IMG/VR virus record: IMGVR_UViG_3300011116_000922
Span: 32,001 to 96,000 of that record
Reading direction: 5' to 3' (one strand)
DNA: 64,000 nucleotides
Source: a virus
A model generated the notes under the pieces. That model was not told the origin of the DNA. It saw only the letters and a program-made list of their open reading frames with translations, and made no database searches. How positions within the stretch are numbered: position 1 is the first letter of the stretch; each line of letters starts with the position of its first letter. This document shows positions 9,850 through 20,155 of this stretch, one piece after another. A program made the position numbers and the translations under genes.

Positions 9850-11354
9850 TGGTAGACCTTGATGTAAACATAGTCGATTCTGTTTGGCTTCGCGTTCAGT
9901 GTGAGCGCGGCATTGCCAAGGAGTTGTCTGATTACTTTACATTCAAGGTTCCCGGTTACAAGTTCATGCCAGCGTATCGCTCCCGGATGTGGAACGGCGA
10001 GATTTGCCTGTACAACATCCACACGCAACAGATTTACGGTGGTCTTGCGGAGTACATCGTGAAGTTTGCGGAGGAGCGTGGTTACAGCATAACCATGCCT
10101 GCAAAGAATGATTTCAAGATCACGCCCGAAGGCGTACAGCAGTTCATTGAGGAATTCCTGAAGGTTTGCGTGGGCGGCAAACGCGCAAAAGCACACACTC
10201 ATCAGATCAACGCAGTGCATCACGCAATGGAGAAGGAGCGGTGCTTGCTGCTGTCTCCAACGGGTTCGGGAAAGAGCCTAATCATCTACTCGCTGCTGCG
10301 GTACTACTTGGACAAGATTCCCAAGAACAAAAAGGTGCTTATCATTGTTCCCACCGTTTCACTGGTAGAACAGATGTTTTCTGATTTCGCGGATTACTCC
10401 GGTGAGAACGGATGGGATGTGGGCAAGAACTGCCACAAGATTATGAGCGGAGCGTCCAAGATCACAGACAAGCGCGTAGTCATTTCCACATGGCAGAGCG
10501 TGTTCAAGCAGACCGAAAAGTACTTTGAGCAGTTCGGTGCAGTGATTGGTGATGAAGCCCACTTGTTCAAAGCCAAGTCCCTGACTTCCATTATGACCAA
10601 ACTCAAGACCTGTCCGTTCCGTGTTGGAACCACGGGAACGCTTGACGGCACACAGACGCACCGCCTTGTGCTTGAGGGGCTGTTTGGTCGTGCCTACGAA
10701 GTCACCAAGACCAAGGAACTCATGGAGCAGAAGATCCTGAGTGATCTGAAGATTGACTGCATCGTGTTGCAGTATCCACGCGAAGACCGCGAAATGGCAA
10801 AACGCGCCAAGTATCAGGACGAGATCAAGTGGATCATTGGGTCAAATCGCAGGAATGCGTTTATTGCAGATATGTGTGAAAAATTGAAAGGCAACACGCT
10901 AGTACTATTTCAATTTGTCGAAGGACACGGTGCAGAACTACATAAGTTAGTGGAGGAGCGCGTAGGCTCTACTCGTAAGGTTTTCTTTGTACACGGAGGA
11001 ACTGAAGCGGGAGAGCGAGAAGACATCCGCAAGATTGTTGAACAGGAAGAGAATGCAGTCATTATTGCTTCCTACGGAACATTCAGCACGGGCATCTCAA
11101 TTCGCCGCCTCAACAACATCCTGTTTGCCTCGCCATCCAAATCCCGTATTCGGGTGCTGCAAAGCATCGGTAGGCAGTTGCGAGTATCCGAACACAAATC
11201 AGTGGCAAGGCTTTTCGATATTGGTGATGATCTGTCTTGGAGGTCTTGGACTAATCACACAATGCGACACATGAACGAGCGTTTAAAAATATACGAATCA
11301 GAAGGATTCTCTTACAAGGTAGTCAAGGTAGATATAGGAGACAAGAAGACATGA
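9849..11354 (+). CDS. uvsW: SF2 DNA helicase UvsW
   Basis: SPTGSGKS, DEAH, GTTGT and LQSIGR. Confidence 0.96.
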   Translation: MVDLDVNIVDSVWLRVQCERGIAKELSDYFTFKVPGYKFMPAYRSRMWNGEICLYNIHTQQIYGGLAEYIVKFAEERGYSITMPAKNDFKITPEGVQQFIEEFLKVCVGGKRAKAHTHQINAVHHAMEKERCLLLSPTGSGKSLIIYSLLRYYLDKIPKNKKVLIIVPTVSLVEQMFSDFADYSGENGWDVGKNCHKIMSGASKITDKRVVISTWQSVFKQTEKYFEQFGAVIGDEAHLFKAKSLTSIMTKLKTCPFRVGTTGTLDGTQTHRLVLEGLFGRAYEVTKTKELMEQKILSDLKIDCIVLQYPREDREMAKRAKYQDEIKWIIGSNRRNAFIADMCEKLKGNTLVLFQFVEGHGAELHKLVEERVGSTRKVFFVHGGTEAGEREDIRKIVEQEENAVIIASYGTFSTGISIRRLNNILFASPSKSRIRVLQSIGRQLRVSEHKSVARLFDIGDDLSWRSWTNHTMRHMNERLKIYESEGFSYKVVKVDIGDKKT

Positions 11355-12181
11355 GAGCCAAGAAGTCATCCCTCCGAGTCTTCAAACTGCGTAGCGGTGA
11401 AGAGATCATTGCCAAGATTGCGGGCAAGCCCCGTGGCAAGATCACCGTTGAGCGTCCCATGAAAATCAACTACTCTGTGGTTGCAGATCATTTCACTGGT
11501 CTGCGTAAGAGCGTGATCTACTTTACCGATTGGTTGGGTGGGGCTACGGAACTCACCGCAAGCATTCCAACAGATTTTATTCTCATGGATCTGACCCCGG
11601 ATCCTGACATGGAAAAACTGTACACCACACAGATGCAATCGCAAGACGAGTTCCGTGCTGCTGATTTGGCTCAACCAAAGTCTGATCCGGCTGATGATCT
11701 GGGCCCTGTGCCAACAGAAGAAGAATTAAAGAAACTGGATGCGCTCATGGAGGCATTTGGGTTGGCTAAAGACGAAGATCCGGTGGATCCAATGGAAAAG
11801 CCCAAGACCCCCAAGCCACCGTTCCCGTTTACGCCCATGTCTCCCATGCCCCCACAGCAGCGTGGCGTGGTGTTCAGCATCTCCATCCCCAATGAACTGA
11901 TGAACGAGTGGGTTCAGTCAGGCATAATGGATTATTTGAAGGACTGCATGGATGACTTTATGGAAAATGAGATGGCAGATTTTATGAAGCCACCTCCACA
12001 GCCAAAAAAGAAAAAGAAGGCATCGGCTAACAAGGAAAAGCAGTCCAAGGAATCGTGGAAGCCACCCACCGAAGAAGAAGCCAAGCACCCCGAGTTCGGC
12101 AACAAGTTTAATGATTGGTCGCCATTTCTCAAAGACTATATTTCAGGAGCCACCGGAGAAAAACCACCGGAAGGTTCTTGA
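11351..12181 (+). CDS. Hypothetical protein with Sm-like N-terminal domain and Pro/acidic tail
   Basis: KLRSGEEIIA start typical of the small T4-like Sm-fold family found between uvsW and gp55. Confidence 0.55.
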   Translation: MRAKKSSLRVFKLRSGEEIIAKIAGKPRGKITVERPMKINYSVVADHFTGLRKSVIYFTDWLGGATELTASIPTDFILMDLTPDPDMEKLYTTQMQSQDEFRAADLAQPKSDPADDLGPVPTEEELKKLDALMEAFGLAKDEDPVDPMEKPKTPKPPFPFTPMSPMPPQQRGVVFSISIPNELMNEWVQSGIMDYLKDCMDDFMENEMADFMKPPPQPKKKKKASANKEKQSKESWKPPTEEEAKHPEFGNKFNDWSPFLKDYISGATGEKPPEGS

Positions 12182-12206
12182 CAGAGCGTGTACCCCGTGA
12201 TACTAT
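12178..12206 (+). promoter_or_regulatory. Sigma70-like promoter upstream of gp55
   Basis: TTGACA-N17-TACTAT with an extended TG. Confidence 0.6.
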
Positions 12207-12222
12207 TCCATGAAAGAACACT

Positions 12223-12780
12223 ATGAGCAAGAAAAAGACCGATCACTACATTGACAATAAACGATTCTTCGAAGAGATGAAGGCATGGAAGGTGCTTGTG
12301 AATGCTGCCAACAAGGAAGGCAAGCGACACCCTCCCGTGACCGATTACATCGGGGAGTGTTTCATGGCTATTGCGGATCGTCTTTCGCGTAAGCCCAATT
12401 TCATAAACTATCCGTATCGTGACGAGATGATATCGGATGGAATTGAAAATTGTCTGCTGTACGCATACAACTTTGATCCCAAGAAGTCCACGAACCCGTT
12501 CTCGTACTTCACGCAGATCATCTATTACGCTTTCCTTCGCCGGATATCCAAGGAGAAGAAGCAAGCGTACATCAAACTGAAGAAGATTGAAAATTCAGAT
12601 ATCGACTCCACTCTGAAGAAGTGGTTCCGCGAGAATTATCTTGGCGGCGCGGACAACAAGCCATCGGTTCTCACCGAGTCAGACATCAACAACTTTGAAA
12701 AGAAGAATGAGCCGGAAGAAAAGCCAAAGGCAACGGCAAAGAAGTCCAAGACCAAGAAAAAGGTTAAAGGCAAGAAGTGA
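12223..12780 (+). CDS. gp55: Late transcription sigma factor
   Basis: HYIDN, NFINYPYRDEMISDGIENC and NPFSYFTQIIYYAFLRRI.KEKKQ. Confidence 0.97.
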   Translation: MSKKKTDHYIDNKRFFEEMKAWKVLVNAANKEGKRHPPVTDYIGECFMAIADRLSRKPNFINYPYRDEMISDGIENCLLYAYNFDPKKSTNPFSYFTQIIYYAFLRRISKEKKQAYIKLKKIENSDIDSTLKKWFRENYLGGADNKPSVLTESDINNFEKKNEPEEKPKATAKKSKTKKKVKGKK

Positions 12781-13838
12781 AAATCCCGATCATAACTGAT
12801 ACGCACTTTGGGGCACGGAACGACTCTCCCGTGTTCTTGGAGTATTTCATGCGGTTCTTTGACCGCGTGTTTTTCCCGTGGGTGGAAACGCATCAGCCCA
12901 AGTACATCCTGCATTTGGGTGACTTTCTTGATCGCCGGAAGTTCGTGAATTTCTCAACGCTGAATGCTGTCCGCGAGGGATTCGTCAAGCGATTGGAAGC
13001 GTCCGGTGCAGAGATGCACTGCATTCTTGGCAACCACGACATCTTCTACAAGAACACAAGCAATGTGAACTCCATGCGTGAACTGTTTTCGGACAAGTTC
13101 ATTGTGTACGAGAAGCCCACGATGGTTGATTTTGGTGGGCGGTCAATTGCTTTGCTGCCGTGGATCAACAAGGAAAACGAAGCCGAGGCACTGGAATTCG
13201 TTCGCACCGTTCCCGCAGACATTCTGTGTGGGCATCTAGAACTGCACGGATTCAATGTGCTGAAGAACACCCCGTTTGACGGTGGCATGAATGCCGATAT
13301 ATTTCAGCGGTTCTCTGCTGTCTATACGGGACACTTTCATTGCCGCCACAGCAGGGGCAATGTGCATTACTTGGGGTGCCCGTATCAGATCACCATGAAT
13401 GATTACGGCGACAAGAAGGGCTTCCATGTACTGGACACGGACACAGGCGAACTGGAGTTTGTTCCTAATCCGTACACCATATTCACCCAGTTGCGGTACA
13501 ACGATACCGAGGCTGATGCTGCCACGCCCATCACTGTGGACGAGGTTCGGGTCAAGGGCAAGTTTGTTCGTGTGATTGTTGAAGCCAAGACCAAGCCGTA
13601 TCTGTTTGAGAAATTCGTGGATTCGCTGTATGCCAATCAGCCGCAGTCGGTCACCATTATTGAAGACCTGAATCCTGAAACGGCAACGGAAGAGAATGTG
13701 GATCTCACGGAGGACACGATTACAATAATCAATCGTGAAATAGATTCTTTGCAGAATGTGGACGGTTCCCGCTTGAAAGCGTTGTTGCGGGAACTGTATA
13801 CTGAAACACAGGCACTTGAGAACACCAAACAGCAATGA
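12777..13838 (+). CDS. gp47: Recombination endonuclease subunit (Mre11/SbcD-like)
   Basis: DTHFG, GDFLDRRK, GNHD and GHFH phosphoesterase motifs. Confidence 0.95.
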   Translation: MKIPIITDTHFGARNDSPVFLEYFMRFFDRVFFPWVETHQPKYILHLGDFLDRRKFVNFSTLNAVREGFVKRLEASGAEMHCILGNHDIFYKNTSNVNSMRELFSDKFIVYEKPTMVDFGGRSIALLPWINKENEAEALEFVRTVPADILCGHLELHGFNVLKNTPFDGGMNADIFQRFSAVYTGHFHCRHSRGNVHYLGCPYQITMNDYGDKKGFHVLDTDTGELEFVPNPYTIFTQLRYNDTEADAATPITVDEVRVKGKFVRVIVEAKTKPYLFEKFVDSLYANQPQSVTIIEDLNPETATEENVDLTEDTITIINREIDSLQNVDGSRLKALLRELYTETQALENTKQQ

Positions 13839-15553
13839 TCCAATTTACTAAAATTCGTTGGAAGAACCTGTTAAGCACAGGCAATACATTCACCGAGGTG
13901 CGGTTGGACAAGTCTCCAACCACTCTTGTGTGTGGCGAAAACGGTGCGGGTAAGACCACGCTGTTGGATGCCATCACATTCGTGCTGTACGGAAAGCCGT
14001 ACCGTGGGGTGAATCTACCGCAGTTGGTGAACTCCATCAACGGCAAGGACTGTCTTGTGGAGATTGAATTCTCTGCAAACGGCAATTCGTACAAGGTGAC
14101 CCGTGGTTTGGCTCCAAAGGTGTTTACAATGGAACTGAACGGCAAGCCCGTGGAACAGACGGCTAATGCCAAGGACTACCAAGCCATTCTTGAATCTCAA
14201 GTCCTGAAGATGAACTACAAGACTTTCTGTCAGGTAGTGATTCTTGGCTCAACGAACTACATTCCGTTCATGCGTTTAGCCGCAGCAGACCGCCGAAACA
14301 TTGTTGAGAACCTGTTGGACATTGATGTGTTCTCCAAGATGAACGATATGCTGAAGTCACGCCTACAGGACTCAAAGGAGTCGCTGCGCGGAATCGAAAA
14401 CGAGATCAGCACACTCAAACTAAAGAGTGAACACAAGCAGGATTTGATTTCAAAAATCGAACAGAAGTCCGACTCTCAACTGGAGTCGTACCGCAATTCT
14501 GAAGCGGAAGAGCAGAAGACATTGGATGCCCTGCTTGAAAAGAAAGCAGAACTGCAAAAGACCGTGGAAGAACTGGCAGCAAGTTCTGCCGCGCTTGAAG
14601 CCAAGCGGGATTCGCTGAACCAATTCAACACCCTGAAGAAGCAGATGAACAGCGGCATCAAGAAAGCCCAAGAGGAGCGGGACTTCTACGAGAAGAACGA
14701 AGACTGCCCCGTGTGCAAGCACGATCTACCGCAGACCTTCCGCGATGAAATGATGTCCAAAAAGCAGACCCGGCAAACCGAACTGGAGACTGCCCTTTCC
14801 AAACTGGAGGAAATGATCTCCAAGGAAAAACAGGCTTTGGACAAGTTGCGCGAAGACACCGAGGCTGCTAGCGAGAACAAGACCGACATGACACGGACGG
14901 AATCCGCTATTGCTGCATCCAAGAAGTACATCAAGCAGTTGCGGGATCTGCAAGCCAAGACCATTGCCGAGCGCGACAGCATTCAGGTGGAACGCCAAGC
15001 ACTCGCGGAAATTCATGCTGTACAAGAAGGCAAGGAAACCGAACGCCGAACCTCCGTGGAAGACATCCACACAATGGAGATTGCAACCGTGCTACTCAAG
15101 GACAGCGGCATCAAGCGCAAGATCATCAAGAAGTACATTCCCGCACTCAACAAGATTATTAACAAGTACTTGGTGACAATGGACTTCTTTGCCCAGTTCA
15201 CGCTGAACGAGGATTTCGTGGAGATCATCAAGAGTCGCCACCGTGACGAGTTCTCCTATGAGAACTTCAGCGAAGGCGAGAAACTGCGTATTGATGTGTC
15301 CCTCCTGTTGGCATGGCGGGATATTGCTAAAATGAAGAATTCGGCAAACACCAATTTGTTGATATTGGATGAAGTATTTGATTCTTCGCTTGACGCTGTT
15401 GGCACGGAAGAGATCATCAAGATCCTGCAAAATATGGGTGCAGCAAACAATGTATTCGTAATTAGCCACAAATCCGACCAACTCCTAGACAAGTTTGGTA
15501 ACATACTTACATTCAAGAAGGTGAACAACTTTAGCCGTCTATGCACACCATGA
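13835..15553 (+). CDS. gp46: Recombination ATPase (Rad50/SbcC-like)
   Basis: GENGAGKT Walker A, CPVC zinc hook, FSEGEK signature, LILDE Walker B. Confidence 0.97.
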   Translation: MIQFTKIRWKNLLSTGNTFTEVRLDKSPTTLVCGENGAGKTTLLDAITFVLYGKPYRGVNLPQLVNSINGKDCLVEIEFSANGNSYKVTRGLAPKVFTMELNGKPVEQTANAKDYQAILESQVLKMNYKTFCQVVILGSTNYIPFMRLAAADRRNIVENLLDIDVFSKMNDMLKSRLQDSKESLRGIENEISTLKLKSEHKQDLISKIEQKSDSQLESYRNSEAEEQKTLDALLEKKAELQKTVEELAASSAALEAKRDSLNQFNTLKKQMNSGIKKAQEERDFYEKNEDCPVCKHDLPQTFRDEMMSKKQTRQTELETALSKLEEMISKEKQALDKLREDTEAASENKTDMTRTESAIAASKKYIKQLRDLQAKTIAERDSIQVERQALAEIHAVQEGKETERRTSVEDIHTMEIATVLLKDSGIKRKIIKKYIPALNKIINKYLVTMDFFAQFTLNEDFVEIIKSRHRDEFSYENFSEGEKLRIDVSLLLAWRDIAKMKNSANTNLLILDEVFDSSLDAVGTEEIIKILQNMGAANNVFVISHKSDQLLDKFGNILTFKKVNNFSRLCTP

Positions 15554-16656
15554 GCAAGAAACTATCCAAGGAACGAGTACAGCGCATCCTGAATGGCGGA
15601 TCAGAACCCGTGTTCTCCCCGGAGGACACGGCAACGGACGAAGCCAAGGATCTTGTCCTGAATCGCGGTCTGTATTTCTACAGGCAGTCGTTTTCCCAAA
15701 ACGATGCCAAGGAATGGATTGCTGATTGGCTAGAAGCCAAGGGGCGTGGCGAGGACGCTAAACTGGTGTCCCGTGCCTCCAAGAGCGATCTGCGGTTGGT
15801 GTCGCCGTACTGCCGCATGGAGTCCCGTGGATTCCCGTTTAATGCCGTTCAGCAAGCCATGATTCAAAAATACATGGATCAACTGCTTGCGGAAGCCCGA
15901 TCCAATGCACCCGCAGAGGATGCTGTTCCAAATATTCAGGAACGCCTTCGTGCCAAGGCAGACGAAACCCTATCGGAACTGGAACCACTACTGGATGAGA
16001 CATTCACCGGGGTGGCAGAGAAGCGGTATAAGCCCGTTATAGCCGCGTGGATTGCCTCCAAGGACATGACGCGCCCTACGGCTATCATTGTGCGTGATCG
16101 CCTAGAAATGGTTATAAACGAGGTTACGGCAGCGTACAGCAACAGCGACCCGGATCTAGCAGAGGGCTATTCATATTTGAAACGCCCTGCCCTGAAGCGG
16201 GTGGTTAAAATATTTGAAGAAGCCGTTGCTGCGTTAAATCAAAAAATCAGCGGCATGAAGTCTACCCGCAAGCCCCGTAAGCCACGCAAGGTGAATCCCG
16301 AAAAATTGGTCAAGGGGTTCAAGTATCTGCCAAAAGATACAAAGTTTGGCTTTACTTCACTGGATCCGCGTGGTATAGTTGGGGCACAAGGATTGATCGT
16401 GTTTAACACCAAGAACAACAAGGCAACCGTGTTCCTAGCCGCTGAACCCAAGGTGGGGTTGAGTGTCAAGGGATCCACCGTGATTGGATGGAACGCCGAG
16501 CGTTCGTATGAGAAGACTGTTCGCAAGCCTGAGCAATGGCTAAAGCAGTCCAGTGGTTTTGGTGGCATGAACAAGTCGCTTGAAGAAGTGAAAACCAAGT
16601 CCGCAACCCCAACAGGGAGGATCAACAAGCACTGCTTGTTGGTTAGAATCTTTTGA
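15550..16656 (+). CDS. Hypothetical protein
   Basis: Long ORF coupled to both neighbours by overlapping stop/start; basic C-terminus ending GRINKHCLLVR. Confidence 0.7.
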   Translation: MSKKLSKERVQRILNGGSEPVFSPEDTATDEAKDLVLNRGLYFYRQSFSQNDAKEWIADWLEAKGRGEDAKLVSRASKSDLRLVSPYCRMESRGFPFNAVQQAMIQKYMDQLLAEARSNAPAEDAVPNIQERLRAKADETLSELEPLLDETFTGVAEKRYKPVIAAWIASKDMTRPTAIIVRDRLEMVINEVTAAYSNSDPDLAEGYSYLKRPALKRVVKIFEEAVAALNQKISGMKSTRKPRKPRKVNPEKLVKGFKYLPKDTKFGFTSLDPRGIVGAQGLIVFNTKNNKATVFLAAEPKVGLSVKGSTVIGWNAERSYEKTVRKPEQWLKQSSGFGGMNKSLEEVKTKSATPTGRINKHCLLVRIF

Positions 16657-17507
16657 TCCTAGTAGACAACAGCCAAGTAATCATGTCGTCCTTGTTCGCA
16701 CAACGCAACTTGGACTACACCGATGAGTCCCTGATTCGTCACATGGTGCTGAACACCTACCGTATGTACCGAAAGCGTTTCGGCAAGGAATACGGTGAAC
16801 TGGTGCTGTGCCAAGAAGGTCGCGGCGGTGAGCATTCGTGGCGGCGCAAGTACTTTCCCCACTACAAGGCAGCACGGCGTGAGTCCCGCAAGGACAATCC
16901 TGATATGTGGAAGCGATTCTACGAGATCATGGATACCGTTCGCACGGAAGTCAAGGAAGTGTTTCCGTATCGTAACATTTCCATGACCGGATGCGAGGCA
17001 GATGATGTGATTGCTGTGCTTACTCGCAATCTGCACGGGCAGGAGCCTGTAATGATTTTGAGTGGCGACAAGGACTTTGGGCAACTGCAAATCTATCCCG
17101 GTGTCAAGCAGTATTCCCCCATGCAGAAGAAATTTGTAGTGGTAGACAATCCAAAGAGTTACCTGTTTGAACATATCGTGAAAGGTGATTCCTCTGATGG
17201 CGTTCCCAATGTGCTGTCGGATGACGATTGCTTTGTAACAGACTTCAAGAGACAGAAGCCTATTACCCGCAAGCGTCTAGAGGAATTGGAGAAGTCTTGG
17301 GCTGAAACGGGCAAGGTTCCTGATGCAGTTGCAGCCAACTGGAACAGAAACGAGACTCTGATCTCGCATCTGTGTATTCCTTCAGAGTACGAAACCCGTA
17401 TCATGGAGGAATGGAACAAACCATTCACCGCTAATCGTTCAAAGATTTTGAACTACATGATTAGCAAAGGCTTGAAGAACCTTATTTCCGATATAGGAGA
17501 CTTTTGA
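16653..17507 (+). CDS. rnh: RNase H / 5'-3' flap exonuclease
   Basis: MILVD, WRRKYFPHYKA, EADD, SGDKDF and GDSSDGVPN. Confidence 0.94.
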   Translation: MILVDNSQVIMSSLFAQRNLDYTDESLIRHMVLNTYRMYRKRFGKEYGELVLCQEGRGGEHSWRRKYFPHYKAARRESRKDNPDMWKRFYEIMDTVRTEVKEVFPYRNISMTGCEADDVIAVLTRNLHGQEPVMILSGDKDFGQLQIYPGVKQYSPMQKKFVVVDNPKSYLFEHIVKGDSSDGVPNVLSDDDCFVTDFKRQKPITRKRLEELEKSWAETGKVPDAVAANWNRNETLISHLCIPSEYETRIMEEWNKPFTANRSKILNYMISKGLKNLISDIGDF

Positions 17508-17686
17508 TGGAACAGCCAAGAAACTGGGACGATATGGATCGTGCCGCAAAGAAGGCTCGTAAGAGTGCTTCAGTAAAGAAGAAGCGTGGAAAGCGGCATC
17601 AAGACCGCCAAGATTTGCGTAGTTGGGTAGACGATCTAAATGCAGGAAGAAAGGGACGATTCGATGAGTACGGCGATGAAAACTGA
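17507..17686 (+). CDS. Small basic hypothetical protein
   Basis: AGGAG RBS; Lys/Arg-rich; coupled to rnh. Confidence 0.6.
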   Translation: MEQPRNWDDMDRAAKKARKSASVKKKRGKRHQDRQDLRSWVDDLNAGRKGRFDEYGDEN

Positions 17687-18368
17687 AACCATGAAAATCA
17701 GCAAGCGCACCCTAGACATTCTTAAGAATTTCGCGGGTATCAATTCGGGCATTCTTGTGAACGAGGGCAATACAATCAGTACGCTCTCCAACACCAAGAG
17801 CATTTTTGCCGAAGCCAAGGTGGACGAGACTTTCGCACGGCAGTTTGCCCTGTGGGATCTCAACAAGTTCCTTGGCACGGTGAGTCTGTTCAAGGATCCC
17901 GAGTTCATCTTTGAACAGAACCATATCACGATCACAAACGGCAAGTCCAGTTTGAAGTATTACTACTGTGATCCCAAATTGGTGTTGTCCACCAACAAGA
18001 AGATCAATATGCCAAAGGCAGTGGTTTCCTTCACGCTGCTTGCCAAGGACTTCTCCGAACTGCTGAAGGCAGCATCGGTTCTGCAAGTGCAGCACCTGTG
18101 TGTTGAGCCTACGGAAGACGGAAAGAGTGTGCAGATTGTTGCCCGTGACAAGGACGACAGCACCTCCAATCAGTATTCGCTTATTGTGGGCGAGTACACC
18201 GGAGATGCGGACTTTGAGTTCATTTTCGATGTGGAGAATCTGAAGATTCTGCCCGGTGATTATCAGGTGGAGATTTCCGAGAAGGTGGTGAGCAAGTTCT
18301 CAAACAAGAACGAGCCGCTGTCTTACTGGATTGCTCTCCACGCGGATTCTACTTACAAGGCGGGATAA
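17664..18368 (+). CDS. gp45: Sliding clamp
   Basis: TLDILKNFAGIN, FALWDLNKFL, ENLKILPGDY and YWIAL. Confidence 0.94.
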   Translation: MSTAMKTETMKISKRTLDILKNFAGINSGILVNEGNTISTLSNTKSIFAEAKVDETFARQFALWDLNKFLGTVSLFKDPEFIFEQNHITITNGKSSLKYYYCDPKLVLSTNKKINMPKAVVSFTLLAKDFSELLKAASVLQVQHLCVEPTEDGKSVQIVARDKDDSTSNQYSLIVGEYTGDADFEFIFDVENLKILPGDYQVEISEKVVSKFSNKNEPLSYWIALHADSTYKAG

Positions 18369-18403
18369 TTCGTTTTGGTCTGATCCTAAACCAAGGTAGT
18401 TAG

Positions 18404-18431
18404 TTGAAAACTATCGTTCCTCCTGTAATAT
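18404..18431 (+). promoter_or_regulatory. Sigma70-like promoter upstream of gp44
   Basis: TTGAAA-N16-TAATAT, 7 nt before ATG 18439. Confidence 0.45.
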
Positions 18432-18438
18432 GTATACT

Positions 18439-19392
18439 ATGAAGATCAATACAAACATAATCGGACTTTGGACGGAAACATACAGACCACAGACCATAGA
18501 AGACTGCATCTTGCCACAGGACACACAGGATGCGTTTAACACAATGGTGCAGCGCAACGAACCGCAGAACTTGCTCCTGTCAGGTGGAGCGGGTTGCGGA
18601 AAGACTTCTGTGGCAAAGGCACTGTGCAACGATCTTGGTTGCGATTGGTTGATGGTTAACTGTTCTGAAGACGGAAACATCGACACCCTACGCACCAAGA
18701 TTCGTCAGTTTGCGTCCACGGTATCCCTCACCGAAGGCGTGAAGAAGGTGGTCATTCTAGACGAGTTTGACTATTCCAATGCACAGTCCACTCAACCTGC
18801 CCTTCGCGGTTTCATTGAGGAGTTCGCGGCTAACTGCCGATTCATTCTGACTTGCAACTTCAAGAACCGGGTGATTGAGCCGCTGCACTCCCGATGCACC
18901 TGCATCGACTTCAGAATTCCGCAGAAGGAAAAGGCTAAACTCGCGGTTCGCTTCCTGAAGCGGGCAGAAGAAATTCTGAAGCGCGAGGGCATTGAGTACG
19001 ATCAGAAGGTTGTGGCTCAACTGGTGGGCAAGCACTTCCCGGATTTCCGGCGTACCCTGAACGAGTTGCAGCGGTATTCCGCTAGCGGCAAGATTGATGT
19101 GGGCATCCTGAATTCCATTGCCGATGTGCAGATCAAGGAATTGGTCAAGTGCATGAAGGGCAAGGACTTTGCGGGTGTTCGCAAGTGGGTGGTGGAGAAC
19201 TTGGATAATGACTCCACCCGAGTGTTCCGTGCAGTCTATGACGGGCTGTACGAGAACTTGGAGGGCGGCTCCATTCCTCAAGCCATCCTGATTCTTGCGG
19301 ATTACCAGTACAAGGCAGCATTTGCTGCGGACGCAGAAATCAACCTGACCGCTTGCATGGCACAACTAATGATGGAGTGCAAGTTCAAGTGA
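18439..19392 (+). CDS. gp44: Clamp loader large subunit
   Basis: W.E.YRP, GGAGCGKT, ILDEFD, SRC and DFRR motifs. Confidence 0.96.
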   Translation: MKINTNIIGLWTETYRPQTIEDCILPQDTQDAFNTMVQRNEPQNLLLSGGAGCGKTSVAKALCNDLGCDWLMVNCSEDGNIDTLRTKIRQFASTVSLTEGVKKVVILDEFDYSNAQSTQPALRGFIEEFAANCRFILTCNFKNRVIEPLHSRCTCIDFRIPQKEKAKLAVRFLKRAEEILKREGIEYDQKVVAQLVGKHFPDFRRTLNELQRYSASGKIDVGILNSIADVQIKELVKCMKGKDFAGVRKWVVENLDNDSTRVFRAVYDGLYENLEGGSIPQAILILADYQYKAAFAADAEINLTACMAQLMMECKFK

Positions 19393-19649
19393 GCAAATTC
19401 ACGCCCAACAAGGGCATGGAATACGAGGATCTTCTGATGCGGAATCAGCAGTACGCAGCAGAGATTGAACGGCTTCACATCGCTCTAGGGAATGCTCTAC
19501 AGGAACGCAATCATCTGCAAACCGAATGTAATAAAGTAAAGCGAATGTATTGCAGAGTAGTTGCGTATCACGATATAACATACCGGACTCCCGAAGACCT
19601 TGCCAATGATAAAAATTGGGACTGCTTCAAGGAGGACACCAATGTCTGA
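19389..19649 (+). CDS. Small coiled-coil hypothetical protein
   Basis: GTGA overlap with the gp44 stop. Confidence 0.55.
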   Translation: MSKFTPNKGMEYEDLLMRNQQYAAEIERLHIALGNALQERNHLQTECNKVKRMYCRVVAYHDITYRTPEDLANDKNWDCFKEDTNV

Positions 19650-19716
19650 CCCATCAGTTCCCAAAGAATACTTTGTGATGTTCTGCGTAACCCTGCCCAT
19701 CATTCTCAAGTATTAA
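19642..19716 (+). CDS. Putative 24-aa hydrophobic peptide (MSDPSVPKEYFVMFCVTLPIILKY)
   Basis: AAGGAGG RBS 6 nt upstream; fills the gap before gp62. Confidence 0.45.
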   Translation: MSDPSVPKEYFVMFCVTLPIILKY

Positions 19717-19721
19717 TCCCA

Positions 19722-20108
19722 ATGAGCCATCAACTTTCTGATTATTTGAAAGCCATCAACGAAACCAAAGAGCCGTTGATGGACACCCCCGAGTGGGGCA
19801 AGCCGTCCTATCCTGCATTCGTGGTGGGTCGGTGTCTGTCGTATTTCCCCGATACCCTGTTCGCGGTAAACGAGATGAATACCCGTGCCCACATCGACCC
19901 CAAGATGCACTTTGACTTTCTGCGCGGTGCTGTGCGAAAGCGCAAGCGGTTCTCCAAGTGGCTTAAGCGGGAAAGCGATGAGCGAGTGCAAGCCCTGATT
20001 GAGTACTACGGGTTCTCTGCCAAGAAGGCACGGGAAGCCTTGCTTGTGCTGACCGAAGCACAAGTTTCTGAAATAATGGACGCTGTTTCGAAGGGTGGAA
20101 AGCCGTAG
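19722..20108 (+). CDS. gp62: Clamp loader small subunit
   Basis: YLKAIN.TK, RCLSYFPDT..NEMN, RKRKRFSKW and terminal KGG. Confidence 0.93.
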   Translation: MSHQLSDYLKAINETKEPLMDTPEWGKPSYPAFVVGRCLSYFPDTLFAVNEMNTRAHIDPKMHFDFLRGAVRKRKRFSKWLKRESDERVQALIEYYGFSAKKAREALLVLTEAQVSEIMDAVSKGGKP

Positions 20109-20112
20109 TGGA

Positions 20113-20119
20113 CTAAATA
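20113..20119 (+). promoter_or_regulatory. Putative late promoter (CTAAATA) upstream of regA and the glycan island
   Basis: Intergenic late box. Confidence 0.5.
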
Positions 20120-20155
20120 GTTCCGTGTCACATAATTTTAGAAAGTGGTATAGAC

